Shown here: positions 26,647 to 36,929 of the stretch, piece after piece
Numbering within the stretch: the stretch's first letter is position 1
How the letters are laid out: each line of letters starts with the position of its first letter
Virus record (IMG/VR): IMGVR_UViG_3300032116_000032
Location: 1-64,000 of that record
Strand: one strand, 5' to 3'
DNA length: 64,000 bases
DNA from: a virus
Notes under the pieces: model-generated
Databases searched by the model: none
What the model was told of the DNA's origin: nothing
The model's input: only the letters and a program-made list of their open reading frames with translations
Translations under genes and position numbers: made by a program

Positions 26647-26686
26647 AGAGTTTTTCTCTATAAATATCTTTAATAATTAATTTGTG

Positions 26687-28882
26687 TTAGATGGGGCAAA
26701 TGATCTTTTCTCTATCTTTAGATTTGACAGTCAAAGTGGTAGACTCTAAGGTGTTTTTGTCTTTGAAAAAGAATCCATTAATTTTGTCGTATTCAGGTTT
26801 TATTCTAAATCTTATTGATAATCTTTTTTCATCACAACCTCGTTGACCTTTGTTGGACCAATATAAATCTATATATTCAATAGGAACAATTAAGTCACCT
26901 TCATAAATTATACCTGACATTTTGCTTTTAACCTTATTTAAGTACTCCTCAGCTGAAGGTTTACTATTTAACCAAGTGTATAATTTATCTATCAATTCAT
27001 TATATAATTTTATGTATATTGGTTTTTCACTTGATAATGAAGATTGTTTAAATATAGAAAAGAACTCAGACAAATAACTATCAATGAATGGGTCCATTTT
27101 TTTAACCTCAAAAAGTGAATTAGTAGGAAATATTGTATTACCATCCTCATCTTTTAGTTCTTGTTTAGTTATTAAATCCGCTTTGATATAATAACTACCA
27201 CTTTTGAATGACTTAGATAAACAAGAAGTTATTTGAAAAAAAGTATAGTTTAAACTTTCAGTACCTGAATGGATTTTTTTCAAAAGGTCAATTAATGTTT
27301 CTTTTGCATCATCAGAACACTTATAATTCAATTGTAGTTTTGTTTGGTTTTTTTCAAAATAATCACCAACAAATCTATCTTCATATTTACTGTGTTCTTT
27401 TTGTCTTGCATATGCTAACAATCCTTCAATATCATTTGGTATTGTTGTTACGTACCTTTGTTTATTTAGTATTTTTTTAACTTGGTCATCCTCAAATTCT
27501 TTATCAACAATGAAGTCCGATACTAATTCTAAAAAGTTTACAGTTCTATTTGTGTCTTGGAGAGCCAATTGAATTATCACAGGAAATGTACCGACATTTT
27601 TTTTGCCAAAAAATTGGTCTAGTATAAAAATTGATCTTTCTAATTCATGAATCAAATATTGATCTTCTAAACCATCTCTAAAATTTTTTAATTGACAATA
27701 TGGTGATTTTTCAGATTTTGATTGTACACATAAATAATCTATTTTAGAACTTCTTCTAAGAGCAATTTCATTTATTTCTTCAGATTCATTAAGTTTTTTT
27801 TTTGATGTTCTACTCACAAATAAATCATTAACAAATTCCCAATTAACAACATCCCAAAACTTTTTAATATATTCATCACGTTTGTTTTGATATTTCAAAT
27901 AGTAAGCGTGTTCCCAAACGTCCAAACCTAACAGAGGATACCCACCTTTTTTAACTATGTTCATCAATGGATTATCTTGATTTGGTGTAGACATAATCTT
28001 CAAATTACCTTCACTGTTAAGATACAACCAAGCCCATCCTGAACCAAAACGATCCTGAGCGGCTTTGTTAAACTCATCCTTCATTTTTTTTATGTTACCA
28101 AAATCTTTTTTAATTTTTTTCAAAATTTCTCCTCTTGGGAGTTGTTTTTTTGGGGACAACATCTTCCAAAATAATGCATGATTAAATGCTCCACCAGCAT
28201 TATTTCTAACCTTATTGTCAAATTTACTTATAGTTCTTACAATATCCTCTAACTCCAAATCACCATCAATGTCTTTGATTGCTTTATTCAATTTATCAAC
28301 ATATCCTTTGTAGTGTTTATTGTAATGAATATTCATAGTTTTTGAATCTATAAATCTATTCAAAGAAGAATATGAGTAAGGTAACTTTTCAATACCAATT
28401 GATTTCATTTCAGAAATCAAATTTTTTTTGATTAATTGTTTTTCGTTTAATAAAATTTGTTCAGATAGAAGACTAACTTTTCCTTCGATTCCTTTATGTT
28501 CATACATCAGTTCTTCAAGTTCAGGATATTTTTTTTCAAATTTTTTAACAATCTGTCCCGCAAATGCATTTGCTTCGTCTTCATTAATACCACCAATGTT
28601 AGGTCCGTGTTCTCTACCAAGAATTGTCATTTGATATTCATGAACCCATTCATGGGCTAATGTTCTCATGATGTCACGATTTAATCTTCCTTTAGCAAGA
28701 ACTTTAATTAGGTGATCACCTCTTCTACTACCTGTAGACATCTCACCTTTTCTACCATTTAAAAACATAATTTTTAAATCATTTTTAAGTGGGTATTCTT
28801 CTTGTAGTAAAGAAATAAACTTTTTAACAAAGTCTTTTCGATTTTTAATATCGGGATTTTCGTATTTGATAGAAACTTTCAT
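26687..28882 (-). CDS. Fusion protein: HExxH metallopeptidase-like domain + Mn-type superoxide dismutase + unknown C-terminal domain
   Basis: HEWVH...EDEANAFA. SOD motifs are LPYSY, IHYNKH, NNAGGAFNHALFW, FGSGWAWL, STPNQDNP and DVWEHAYY. Confidence 0.9.
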   Translation of the reverse strand: MKVSIKYENPDIKNRKDFVKKFISLLQEEYPLKNDLKIMFLNGRKGEMSTGSRRGDHLIKVLAKGRLNRDIMRTLAHEWVHEYQMTILGREHGPNIGGINEDEANAFAGQIVKKFEKKYPELEELMYEHKGIEGKVSLLSEQILLNEKQLIKKNLISEMKSIGIEKLPYSYSSLNRFIDSKTMNIHYNKHYKGYVDKLNKAIKDIDGDLELEDIVRTISKFDNKVRNNAGGAFNHALFWKMLSPKKQLPRGEILKKIKKDFGNIKKMKDEFNKAAQDRFGSGWAWLYLNSEGNLKIMSTPNQDNPLMNIVKKGGYPLLGLDVWEHAYYLKYQNKRDEYIKKFWDVVNWEFVNDLFVSRTSKKKLNESEEINEIALRRSSKIDYLCVQSKSEKSPYCQLKNFRDGLEDQYLIHELERSIFILDQFFGKKNVGTFPVIIQLALQDTNRTVNFLELVSDFIVDKEFEDDQVKKILNKQRYVTTIPNDIEGLLAYARQKEHSKYEDRFVGDYFEKNQTKLQLNYKCSDDAKETLIDLLKKIHSGTESLNYTFFQITSCLSKSFKSGSYYIKADLITKQELKDEDGNTIFPTNSLFEVKKMDPFIDSYLSEFFSIFKQSSLSSEKPIYIKLYNELIDKLYTWLNSKPSAEEYLNKVKSKMSGIIYEGDLIVPIEYIDLYWSNKGQRGCDEKRLSIRFRIKPEYDKINGFFFKDKNTLESTTLTVKSKDREKIICPI

Positions 28883-28911
28883 CTTTGATAAATATTATAC
28901 TGATCAAAAGA

Positions 28912-30678
28912 TTATCGTCTATTGTTAATTAGGTTTAATATTTCTTCAACAATGTCACCTGTGTTTTCTACAATACCATCACCCATTACGGTTCTAATGA
29001 TTTCTTTTTTACGATTAAGGATGTCATAAATTGCACCTTCAATCGTATTTTCAAACAGTGGATAATAAACCAATACGTTTGATTTCTGACCATATCGATA
29101 AGCTCTATCTTCAGCTTGGGCGTGTTCTGCAGGAACAAAAGATAAATCGTTCATAATCACAGCTTCTGCAGATGTTAAAGTTAAACCAACTCCTGCCGCT
29201 TTTAGGTTACCAACAAAAACTTTGACTTTATCGTCATTTTGAAATTGGTCGACAGCTTGTTGACGAATTGCATTAGAACAACTACCATCGAGATAAACCG
29301 CTTGTTTTTCAAAATGTTGGTATATGGTTTGGAGTGTGTCTGTAAAGTTTGTGAATATTATAACTTTCTTACCTTGATCAATGATATTTTCAGCAAACTC
29401 AATTGTTTGTTTTGTTTTTTCATTCGCAATTACTTTTCTAACTTTCATTAGTTTAGAAAACTGAACCGTTAAAGATGAAGACTCATCGGGGTTTTTATCA
29501 TACCAATCAAAATATTCACCCATTAAATCCTCATACTCTTTTGATTTTAATCTTAGGTAAACAGGAGTGATAATTTTATCTGGTAAGTCTAAAACATCTT
29601 CTTTTAATCTACGAAGAATTTGTTTTGATGTCCTATCTCTTAATTCTTCAAGATTAGATGCACCTGAAACATTCCACACTTTTCTTTTACCTGCTGTAAA
29701 TTGAAACCCTTGACAATACCTAATCGCATAAGCCTTCCAATTCTGAGCAACAGAACTTTCAATTAGATTTAACAAATTATAATAATTCATTGGTCGAGAA
29801 GTCATTGGTGTTCCTGTTAACAACCAAACTCTATCTATTTTTTTTGCAAAACTATTAATAATCTTTGTTCTTTGTGCCTGAACATTTGATATCATGTGAG
29901 CTTCATCTAAGATTACCAAATCAAATCCACTTTTTAATAATAGAGACTCATCCTTTTTTTTCGGATCTGAGTCGTGAAAATTTTTAAGAATGTCATAATT
30001 AACAATGACAAAATCATCTTCAGTTGAAAATTTTTTACCTTCCGCAATAAAAACAGGTCTATCTGAATAATTTGCAATTTCTCTTTGCCAATTTATTTTT
30101 AAAGATGCGGGACAAACAATTAATATTTTTTTTGCACCTGTCTCTAATGCTGCAATAATAGTTGAGGTTGTTTTACCAAGACCCATATCATCAGCAAGAA
30201 TAAATCTTTTTGATCCTGCTAATTTTTCGATTGCAATTTTTTGATGATCAAGCGGAGGACGATGGGAATATTTCGAATAATCAATACTAACAGACTGTAC
30301 ATTATGTGTTTTAATTAAAGCCGATTTTGGAATCCAAAATTCGGATAGTTTATCCTTCTCAAAAAACTTACCCCAAACGTGATAAGACTTTTCCTTCTCA
30401 ACCAAAAGCTTTTCAATAAAAATTTCCTTTGGTACCTCAATAAGATATTTTTCTTCAGCAAACTTTTTGGCAAAGTAGTTGTCTAACTCGACCCATTTAC
30501 GAGCAATCTTAGGCGTTGAGTCGTAATATGTTGTAATATATTCGGATTGACTTCTAGTGGGATAAAATTTACTAGAAACTTCTTTTTTATGTTTTAGATA
30601 TAGTATATAATTATTCGCACCACTATAACTTTCGAGCAACTCTAATGCTTTATGTTCTATCAGTGTTTTTGTTTCCAA
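28912..30678 (-). CDS. SNF2/SWI2-family helicase-like ATPase (HepA/SMARCAL1-like)
   Basis: ILADDMGLGKT, LDEAH, LLTGTP, GVGLTLT and QAEDRAYRYGQ. Confidence 0.92.
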   Translation of the reverse strand: METKTLIEHKALELLESYSGANNYILYLKHKKEVSSKFYPTRSQSEYITTYYDSTPKIARKWVELDNYFAKKFAEEKYLIEVPKEIFIEKLLVEKEKSYHVWGKFFEKDKLSEFWIPKSALIKTHNVQSVSIDYSKYSHRPPLDHQKIAIEKLAGSKRFILADDMGLGKTTSTIIAALETGAKKILIVCPASLKINWQREIANYSDRPVFIAEGKKFSTEDDFVIVNYDILKNFHDSDPKKKDESLLLKSGFDLVILDEAHMISNVQAQRTKIINSFAKKIDRVWLLTGTPMTSRPMNYYNLLNLIESSVAQNWKAYAIRYCQGFQFTAGKRKVWNVSGASNLEELRDRTSKQILRRLKEDVLDLPDKIITPVYLRLKSKEYEDLMGEYFDWYDKNPDESSSLTVQFSKLMKVRKVIANEKTKQTIEFAENIIDQGKKVIIFTNFTDTLQTIYQHFEKQAVYLDGSCSNAIRQQAVDQFQNDDKVKVFVGNLKAAGVGLTLTSAEAVIMNDLSFVPAEHAQAEDRAYRYGQKSNVLVYYPLFENTIEGAIYDILNRKKEIIRTVMGDGIVENTGDIVEEILNLINNRR

Positions 30679-30734
30679 TTAATCTTTTTTAAAAAAATAC
30701 TAATAAAAAAGATATTTATCAATAAAATCGTATT

Positions 30735-31247
30735 ATGAGAAGTAATGTTCCTATTACAAGATTCGGTAAATTCTTTGGAGATCGTGATTTCGAACTAGAA
30801 ATTGGTATGGGTCAAGAATGGTTAATTGGTGACATGAACTTCACTTGTGTACTATATAGAGTAGACAAAAACAAAATAAAAACTGATGACGTATATGGTG
30901 AAGCGGTAACTGACGGAATTAAATTTTTACCACCTGTGGAGTTTAATGCTTATGTTGGTATTGCAGCCCCTGAAAACAAAATGATTGGTTCTACTCGTAT
31001 GGATCAATTTGAACCAGGTAATATAACAATGTCCGTTTACATGAAAACTCTTGAAGATTTAGATATTGAAATAGATTTTGGTGATTATGTGGGATACTAC
31101 GATAGTGAAAATTTTGTAAGATACTATACTGTTGTTAACGATGGTCGTGTGACTTCAGATATAAAACATACCTATAAGGGGTTCAAGCCCTTTTATAGAA
31201 CAATAATTGCGGCTCCTGTTGGACCAAATGAATTCAGAGGACTATAA
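30735..31247 (+). CDS. Putative head-closure/neck protein (gp14-like)
   Basis: DDVYGE motif and beta-barrel-like composition. It sits directly upstream of a gp15-like gene and is preceded by the late-type motif. Confidence 0.5.
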   Translation: MRSNVPITRFGKFFGDRDFELEIGMGQEWLIGDMNFTCVLYRVDKNKIKTDDVYGEAVTDGIKFLPPVEFNAYVGIAAPENKMIGSTRMDQFEPGNITMSVYMKTLEDLDIEIDFGDYVGYYDSENFVRYYTVVNDGRVTSDIKHTYKGFKPFYRTIIAAPVGPNEFRGL

Positions 31248-32290
31248 TGGCTTTACCAAAAAAACACCCAATAAAACCGGCAATACCTTTAACGTATCCT
31301 AAAACTCTTTTACCAAGAAGAGAAGAGATAAAAGACATGATCACTAAGGATGGTACATACCTTCCTAAGTCATTATTACATGCCGATTTAGATGGTGGTT
31401 TTTTAGAATTTGTTAAAAATACTTTAAAAATTTCATCAGAAGGAAAAACAGTTCCTGTTGCCGATATTCTAATAACAACACAAAACTGGTCACAGTTTGT
31501 TGAAACATGGGACTTTCAAAATATTGATAAGAACATTGAACCTCCATTCATTACGGTAATTAGAAATCCTGAAGTAAAATACGGAAATAATCCTGCGGTA
31601 ATGTACAATATACCAAACAGGAGAATGTATTATTATATGGAGGTTCCTACTTGGGATGGAAATAGAGTTGGTGCTGACATTTATAAAATACCACAACCTG
31701 TACCTGCAGATTTTAAATATACAGTGGCGATTGTGTGTAATAGAATGAGAGAATTAAACTCATTTAATAAAAAAGTTTTAGAGACTTTCGCATCAAGACA
31801 AGCATATCAAGTTATTAAAGGACATTACATTCCAATTATAAATGATAGTATGACCGATGAATCAGTTTTAGATTTAGAAAAAAGAAAATACTACATTCAA
31901 AAATACGAATTTACAATGATGGGGTTCTTAATTGATGAGGATGAATTTGAAGTTTTTCCTGCATTATCAAGAACATTTCAAATGTATGAGGTTGATCAAA
32001 GACCTGTTAAGAGACATCAGAAAAAACAAACACCAGTACAACCAGAAACAATACGTTTGATATATCCTGTAGATAATTTGTCTCAAGAATACTTTTTTGA
32101 ATACACGTGTGATTTGAATTTTGATATCTCAGATAATTTAGAAAGTTATTCTGTATACATAAATGACCAATATTATGGTGATAATGTTGATAGAATTCAA
32201 ATCAATACTAACGACACATTGAGAATTGATGTTGTCAAACAAGTAAGTGCCGCCGAATCTTCATTAGCGTTCACACAATTCTTAGTTTAA
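31247..32290 (+). CDS. Putative tail terminator / sheath stabiliser (gp15-like)
   Basis: PQPVPADFKYTVAIV and YEFTMMGFL resemble gp15. It lies upstream of the sheath gene. Confidence 0.55.
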   Translation: MALPKKHPIKPAIPLTYPKTLLPRREEIKDMITKDGTYLPKSLLHADLDGGFLEFVKNTLKISSEGKTVPVADILITTQNWSQFVETWDFQNIDKNIEPPFITVIRNPEVKYGNNPAVMYNIPNRRMYYYMEVPTWDGNRVGADIYKIPQPVPADFKYTVAIVCNRMRELNSFNKKVLETFASRQAYQVIKGHYIPIINDSMTDESVLDLEKRKYYIQKYEFTMMGFLIDEDEFEVFPALSRTFQMYEVDQRPVKRHQKKQTPVQPETIRLIYPVDNLSQEYFFEYTCDLNFDISDNLESYSVYINDQYYGDNVDRIQINTNDTLRIDVVKQVSAAESSLAFTQFLV

Positions 32291-32448
32291 CTTTCCCCGT
32301 ATATATCTTTCTTTTCCTTACATTTTTCAACTATAAGGTTTTCTAAAAATTTATACATTTTAATACCTCTCTTATCGCAATATTTTTTCAGGACATCGTG
32401 TACTTCAACATCAATTTTTAAGTTTTTTATCTTCTTAGGTTCTTTCAT
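32287..32448 (-). CDS. Ribbon-helix-helix-like DNA-binding protein (53 aa)
   Basis: From the ATG at 32448: MKEPKKIKNLKIDVEVHDVLKKYCDKRGIKMYKFLENLIVEKC. This is an alternating beta-strand followed by two helices. The track start at 32505 is probably too far upstream. Confidence 0.7.
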   Translation of the reverse strand: MKEPKKIKNLKIDVEVHDVLKKYCDKRGIKMYKFLENLIVEKCKEKKDIYGES

Positions 32449-32572
32449 AACGGTAGGTAGAAAAAAGGCAGAATAAAATCTTACCAAAATATAAATAGTT
32501 TGCACAATGTAAAGTTTTTACTAAAAACTCGAATATTTATAGGTAAAATAAATAAGTAAAGACATTTTAAAC

Positions 32573-35500
32573 ATGGCAACAAACAGTAAAGTTTTCGTTT
32601 CACCTGGTGTTTATACTTCTGAAGTAGATTTGAGCTTTGTTGCTCAAAGCGTCGGGGTAACAACATTAGGTATCGTAGGTGAAACTTTGATAGGTCCAGC
32701 TTTTGAACCGATTTTTATTACAAATTTTGATGAATTCCAAACAGTATTTGGAGGTACTTCACCAGAAAAATTTGTTAATACCCAAATTCCAAAGTATGAA
32801 GCGGCTTACATTGCAAAAGCATATCTACAACAATCCAATCAATTATTCGTAACAAGAATCTTAGGATTATCAGGTTACGATGCAGGACCATCTTGGTCAA
32901 TAACTACGGTTGCTAACGTAGATCCATCAACAATTGGTGTTTGGTGTCTAAGTTCAGTAACTAATTCGGCAACTTGTGTTACAACATGTGTAGTTCCAAA
33001 AGAACTCACATTTACAGTTCCGTTTACTGCTTGTACTAATTCAACAACAACAATAGGTTTCCAAGGAAGCTTCCCTTCAATTATTCAAGACATAATTACA
33101 GAACAATATGAAGAGTTTAACGGAGATACTTCTACATTAGAAACTCAAATTAATAATTTAATTTTTGATGTTATCACAAGTAACAATCCTTATCTTGCGG
33201 AAGATGAACAAATTGCTTACTTTGGTTCTATTGCTACTGACGACTATAACACATTAAATGGTGCTGGTTGGACAGCGGGAACTAATGTATTTAATGTTCC
33301 ATCTGTATCGTTTGATGCCACTGATTTAACTTCTCCTTTGAATGATTCTTGGTACTATGCGTTATTTACAAATACAGGTAATACAAATTACTCAGGATAT
33401 TCATTCTCTACTTTGGTGTCAGGTTTAACGGCTTATTATCCAAACCCAACTCCTACACCACAAGCATCATCATCACCAACACCTACACCATCGGCAGCTA
33501 ATCCTTGTATTACACCGTCACCTTTTGTGTCACCTACACCTACTCCTACACCTGTTAATATTGATTGTTATTCAGGAACTATTGTTGGTAAAATTTATTA
33601 CTACACAGGGACATCATATGTTGATTACGATAATGTAGTTGTTGCAACTTTAAGATCAAGAGGTATTGCAACTTATACAAACTCAACTAACCCAGCATAC
33701 TCAGTAACGGCAACAACAGATGCTAGTTTAGATATGACAGGAAAATATGCTGGAGTTCTTAAAAACCCATACTTGACATTTGCGGTTAATTGTACTGATA
33801 AATTTGGTCAAAACTTTACGTTTGAAACTTCTTTAACTCAAAATGATCCTGAGTATATTAGTAAAGTGTTTGGGATTGCAAACTTCCAAAAACCAAGAAT
33901 TGAAGTTCCATTATTTAATGAGGAAGTATTCCAATCTTGGTTAAACTACTCTTGGAAAAAAGGATACGTTAGAGGTTTAAATCCAAACTTTATTGAATTA
34001 GACTCTGCTCAAAGTGGTGACCCTAACTCAATTGGATGGTATTTGGACAGATATCAAACGCCTAATTCTCCTTGGGTTGTATCAGAATTAAGAGGTAATA
34101 AAGTTTATGACCTATTCAGGTTCTACACAATTTCTGATGGTGATGCCGCTAACACGTTAATTAAAGTTTCACTTATCAATCAAACTTATAACAACTTAAC
34201 GTTTGATGTATTGATTCGTGACTATTTTGATACTGATGCAAACCCTGTAGTTCTTGAGAAATTTACAAACTGTACAATGGATCCAGGACAAAACAACTTT
34301 ATTGCAAATAAAATTGGTACATTGGATGGAGAATACGCACTGAATTCTAAATACGTAATGGTTGAAATGAACGAGGATGCCCCAATTGACGCACTTCCTT
34401 GTGGATTCAACGGATTTAACTTCAGAAATTATGCAGGAGCTCAATCACCATTCCCAATTATTAAAGGTAAATATGATTTCCCTGGCGAAGTAATTTATAA
34501 CCCACCATTTGGTTTGTCTTCAGGTAATGATGATGCGTTGGTAAGTCCGGGAGATAATGTTAGAAGAACATACTTAGGTATATCTAACAATTTAGGATGG
34601 GATGCCGCTTACTTCGAATACGTTGGTAAGAGAAATCCTAATAATACTTGTGATATTGATGGTTTACCATTCAACTACAGATCTGCAGGTTTCCACATGG
34701 ACGTAAATGCAAGTGGTTTAACAATCGGGCCTGAGTTCTCGACGAGTGGTGACCCAAGATTTATCTGTGGTAACTCACCATTCATCACTGAACCTGAACT
34801 TCCAACAAACGCATACTATAGATTGTTCGCACGTAAATTCACATTCTTAGTACAAGGTGGATTTGACGGATGGGATATCTACAGAGAATGGAGAACTAAC
34901 GAAGATAGATTCCAAATCGGTAGAACAGGATTCCTATTCGGAGCTTGTCCATCTACAAGATACCCACAAGCAACAGGTTGGGGAGCGTTTAAAGAAATTT
35001 CTTTAGGTGACGGAACTCAGAATTGGGCAAATACCGACTACTATGCATACTTGTTAGGTCAACAAACATTTGCAAACCCTGAGGCGGTTAACATTAACGT
35101 GTTTGTAACACCGGGTATTGATTATGTAAATAACAGTAACCTTGTAGAAGATGCGGTTAATATGATTGAATTCAACAGAGCGGACTCATTATACATTTGT
35201 ACAACTCCTGACGTTGATATGTATGTTGCAACTACAACAGGGATTGATGTATTTATCTACCCAACAGAAGCAGTTGACAACTTAGAGAATACAGGAATTG
35301 ACTCTAACTACACGGCTACTTACTATCCGTGGGTATTGACAAGAGATAGTGTAAATAACACTCAAATCTATATCCCACCAACAGCTGAAGTAACAAGAAA
35401 CTTAGCGTTGACAGATAACATCGCGTTCCCTTGGTTCGCTGCGGCGGGTTACACTCGTGGTATTGTTAACTGTATTAAAGCTCGTAAGAAGTTAACTCAA

Positions 35501-35923
35501 GAAGATAGAGACATCCTTTACGTAGGTAGACTTAACCCAATCGCAACCTTCTCTGATGTCGGTACCGTAATTTGGGGTAACAAAACTCTACAAGTAAGAG
35601 AATCGGCTCTTGACAGAATCAACGTTAGAAGATTGTTGTTACAAGCTCGTAAATTGATTTCAGCAGTTTCTGTAAGACTATTGTTTGAACAAAACGACTC
35701 ACAAGTAAGACAAGACTTCTTAAATGCTGTTAACCCAATCTTAGATGCAATCAGAAGAGATCGTGGTTTATATGACTTCCGAGTTACAGTTTCTTCAGAT
35801 CCTGAGGATTTAGATAGAAACCAAATGACAGGTAAGATTTATATCAAACCAACAAGATCACTTGAATTTATCGACATTACATTCTATATCACTCCAACAG
35901 GAGCATCGTTTGAGAATATATAA
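32573..35923 (+). CDS. Contractile tail sheath protein (gp18-like) with a large insertion
   Basis: SPGVYTSEVDLS, PWFAAAGYTRG, GNKTLQ...ALDRINVRRL and IKPTRSLEFI. Confidence 0.95.
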   Translation: MATNSKVFVSPGVYTSEVDLSFVAQSVGVTTLGIVGETLIGPAFEPIFITNFDEFQTVFGGTSPEKFVNTQIPKYEAAYIAKAYLQQSNQLFVTRILGLSGYDAGPSWSITTVANVDPSTIGVWCLSSVTNSATCVTTCVVPKELTFTVPFTACTNSTTTIGFQGSFPSIIQDIITEQYEEFNGDTSTLETQINNLIFDVITSNNPYLAEDEQIAYFGSIATDDYNTLNGAGWTAGTNVFNVPSVSFDATDLTSPLNDSWYYALFTNTGNTNYSGYSFSTLVSGLTAYYPNPTPTPQASSSPTPTPSAANPCITPSPFVSPTPTPTPVNIDCYSGTIVGKIYYYTGTSYVDYDNVVVATLRSRGIATYTNSTNPAYSVTATTDASLDMTGKYAGVLKNPYLTFAVNCTDKFGQNFTFETSLTQNDPEYISKVFGIANFQKPRIEVPLFNEEVFQSWLNYSWKKGYVRGLNPNFIELDSAQSGDPNSIGWYLDRYQTPNSPWVVSELRGNKVYDLFRFYTISDGDAANTLIKVSLINQTYNNLTFDVLIRDYFDTDANPVVLEKFTNCTMDPGQNNFIANKIGTLDGEYALNSKYVMVEMNEDAPIDALPCGFNGFNFRNYAGAQSPFPIIKGKYDFPGEVIYNPPFGLSSGNDDALVSPGDNVRRTYLGISNNLGWDAAYFEYVGKRNPNNTCDIDGLPFNYRSAGFHMDVNASGLTIGPEFSTSGDPRFICGNSPFITEPELPTNAYYRLFARKFTFLVQGGFDGWDIYREWRTNEDRFQIGRTGFLFGACPSTRYPQATGWGAFKEISLGDGTQNWANTDYYAYLLGQQTFANPEAVNINVFVTPGIDYVNNSNLVEDAVNMIEFNRADSLYICTTPDVDMYVATTTGIDVFIYPTEAVDNLENTGIDSNYTATYYPWVLTRDSVNNTQIYIPPTAEVTRNLALTDNIAFPWFAAAGYTRGIVNCIKARKKLTQEDRDILYVGRLNPIATFSDVGTVIWGNKTLQVRESALDRINVRRLLLQARKLISAVSVRLLFEQNDSQVRQDFLNAVNPILDAIRRDRGLYDFRVTVSSDPEDLDRNQMTGKIYIKPTRSLEFIDITFYITPTGASFENI

Positions 35924-35942
35924 GTTGGTTTATTATTCATAC

Positions 35943-35969
35943 AAAGGGGGACGAAAGTTCCCCTTTTTT
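35943..35969 (+). terminator. Rho-independent terminator after the sheath gene
   Basis: AAAGGGGGAC-GAAA-GTTCCCCTTT followed by a T-run. Confidence 0.85.
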
Positions 35970-35990
35970 ATTTAAGAGATATTTATTAAT

Positions 35991-36821
35991 ATGAATTACA
36001 AAAAATTTGTTAAAGAAATTTTATCTGAAATCATTCACGATCAGATGAAACCCACAATGAAGTATTATGCTTTTGACTGGGATGATAACCTTATGTATAT
36101 GCCAACAAAAATTTATCTTGTAGATGATAAAGGTAAAACTGTTGGTATGTCTACGGAAGATTTTGCGGAGTATAGAACTGATATTGGTAAAGAACCGTTC
36201 AAATATGAGGGTCACACTATTGTAGATTTTGATAAGGATGCCTTCAGAGACTTTAAAGTACCAGGTGACAAGGCTTTCATTAGTGATGCTATGAAAGCAG
36301 AAACAGGTCCTGCATGGAGTGACTTTGTTGAGGCGGTTAATAATGGGTCTATTTTTGCAATCATCACAGCAAGAGGACACACCCCTTCGGTTCTTAAAAA
36401 TGCGATTTATAATCTAATTAAGAAAAACAAACACGGATTAAGTGAAAAAGAACTTGTTAAAAATCTTAAAAAATATAGAGATTTGGCAGATGAAGAAGAA
36501 TTGTCGGATGATGAATTGGTAAGAGTATATTTAGATATGAACAAATATCATCCTGTAAGTTTCGGTGAAGGTTCTGCTGCGAATCCTGAAGAACTTAAAG
36601 TAAAAGCAATGAGTGAGTTTATGAGATACGTTCAAGAACTTTCAAGGAAACTACAAGAAAAAGCTTTTATGAAAAATAAAATAAGTAATTATTTTGTACC
36701 TTATATTGGGTTTTCAGATGATGATTTAAGAAACGTTCAAGCAATGAAGAAACATTTTGATGATGAATCTGGATTAGATATTTATCATACAGGAGGAGGT
36801 AAAAAAACTAAATTTGAATAA
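35991..36821 (+). CDS. HAD-superfamily phosphatase-like protein
   Basis: Motif I YAFDWDDNL, motif II IITARGH, motif IV GFSDDD. Confidence 0.7.
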   Translation: MNYKKFVKEILSEIIHDQMKPTMKYYAFDWDDNLMYMPTKIYLVDDKGKTVGMSTEDFAEYRTDIGKEPFKYEGHTIVDFDKDAFRDFKVPGDKAFISDAMKAETGPAWSDFVEAVNNGSIFAIITARGHTPSVLKNAIYNLIKKNKHGLSEKELVKNLKKYRDLADEEELSDDELVRVYLDMNKYHPVSFGEGSAANPEELKVKAMSEFMRYVQELSRKLQEKAFMKNKISNYFVPYIGFSDDDLRNVQAMKKHFDDESGLDIYHTGGGKKTKFE

Positions 36822-36929
36822 TAACTGGGACTAGTTAAGATATAATTTGAAAAATAATTGAAGTAAATAGAAAAATTTTTATTTCATAGTATTTATAATA
36901 AAAATAAAACAAAATTTAAACAATAAGAT

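Noticed and set aside
32449-32505. Upstream start of the RHH ORF given in the track
   Set aside because: The extension overlaps the putative promoter motif, and the ATG at 32448 gives a typical 53-aa RHH protein.
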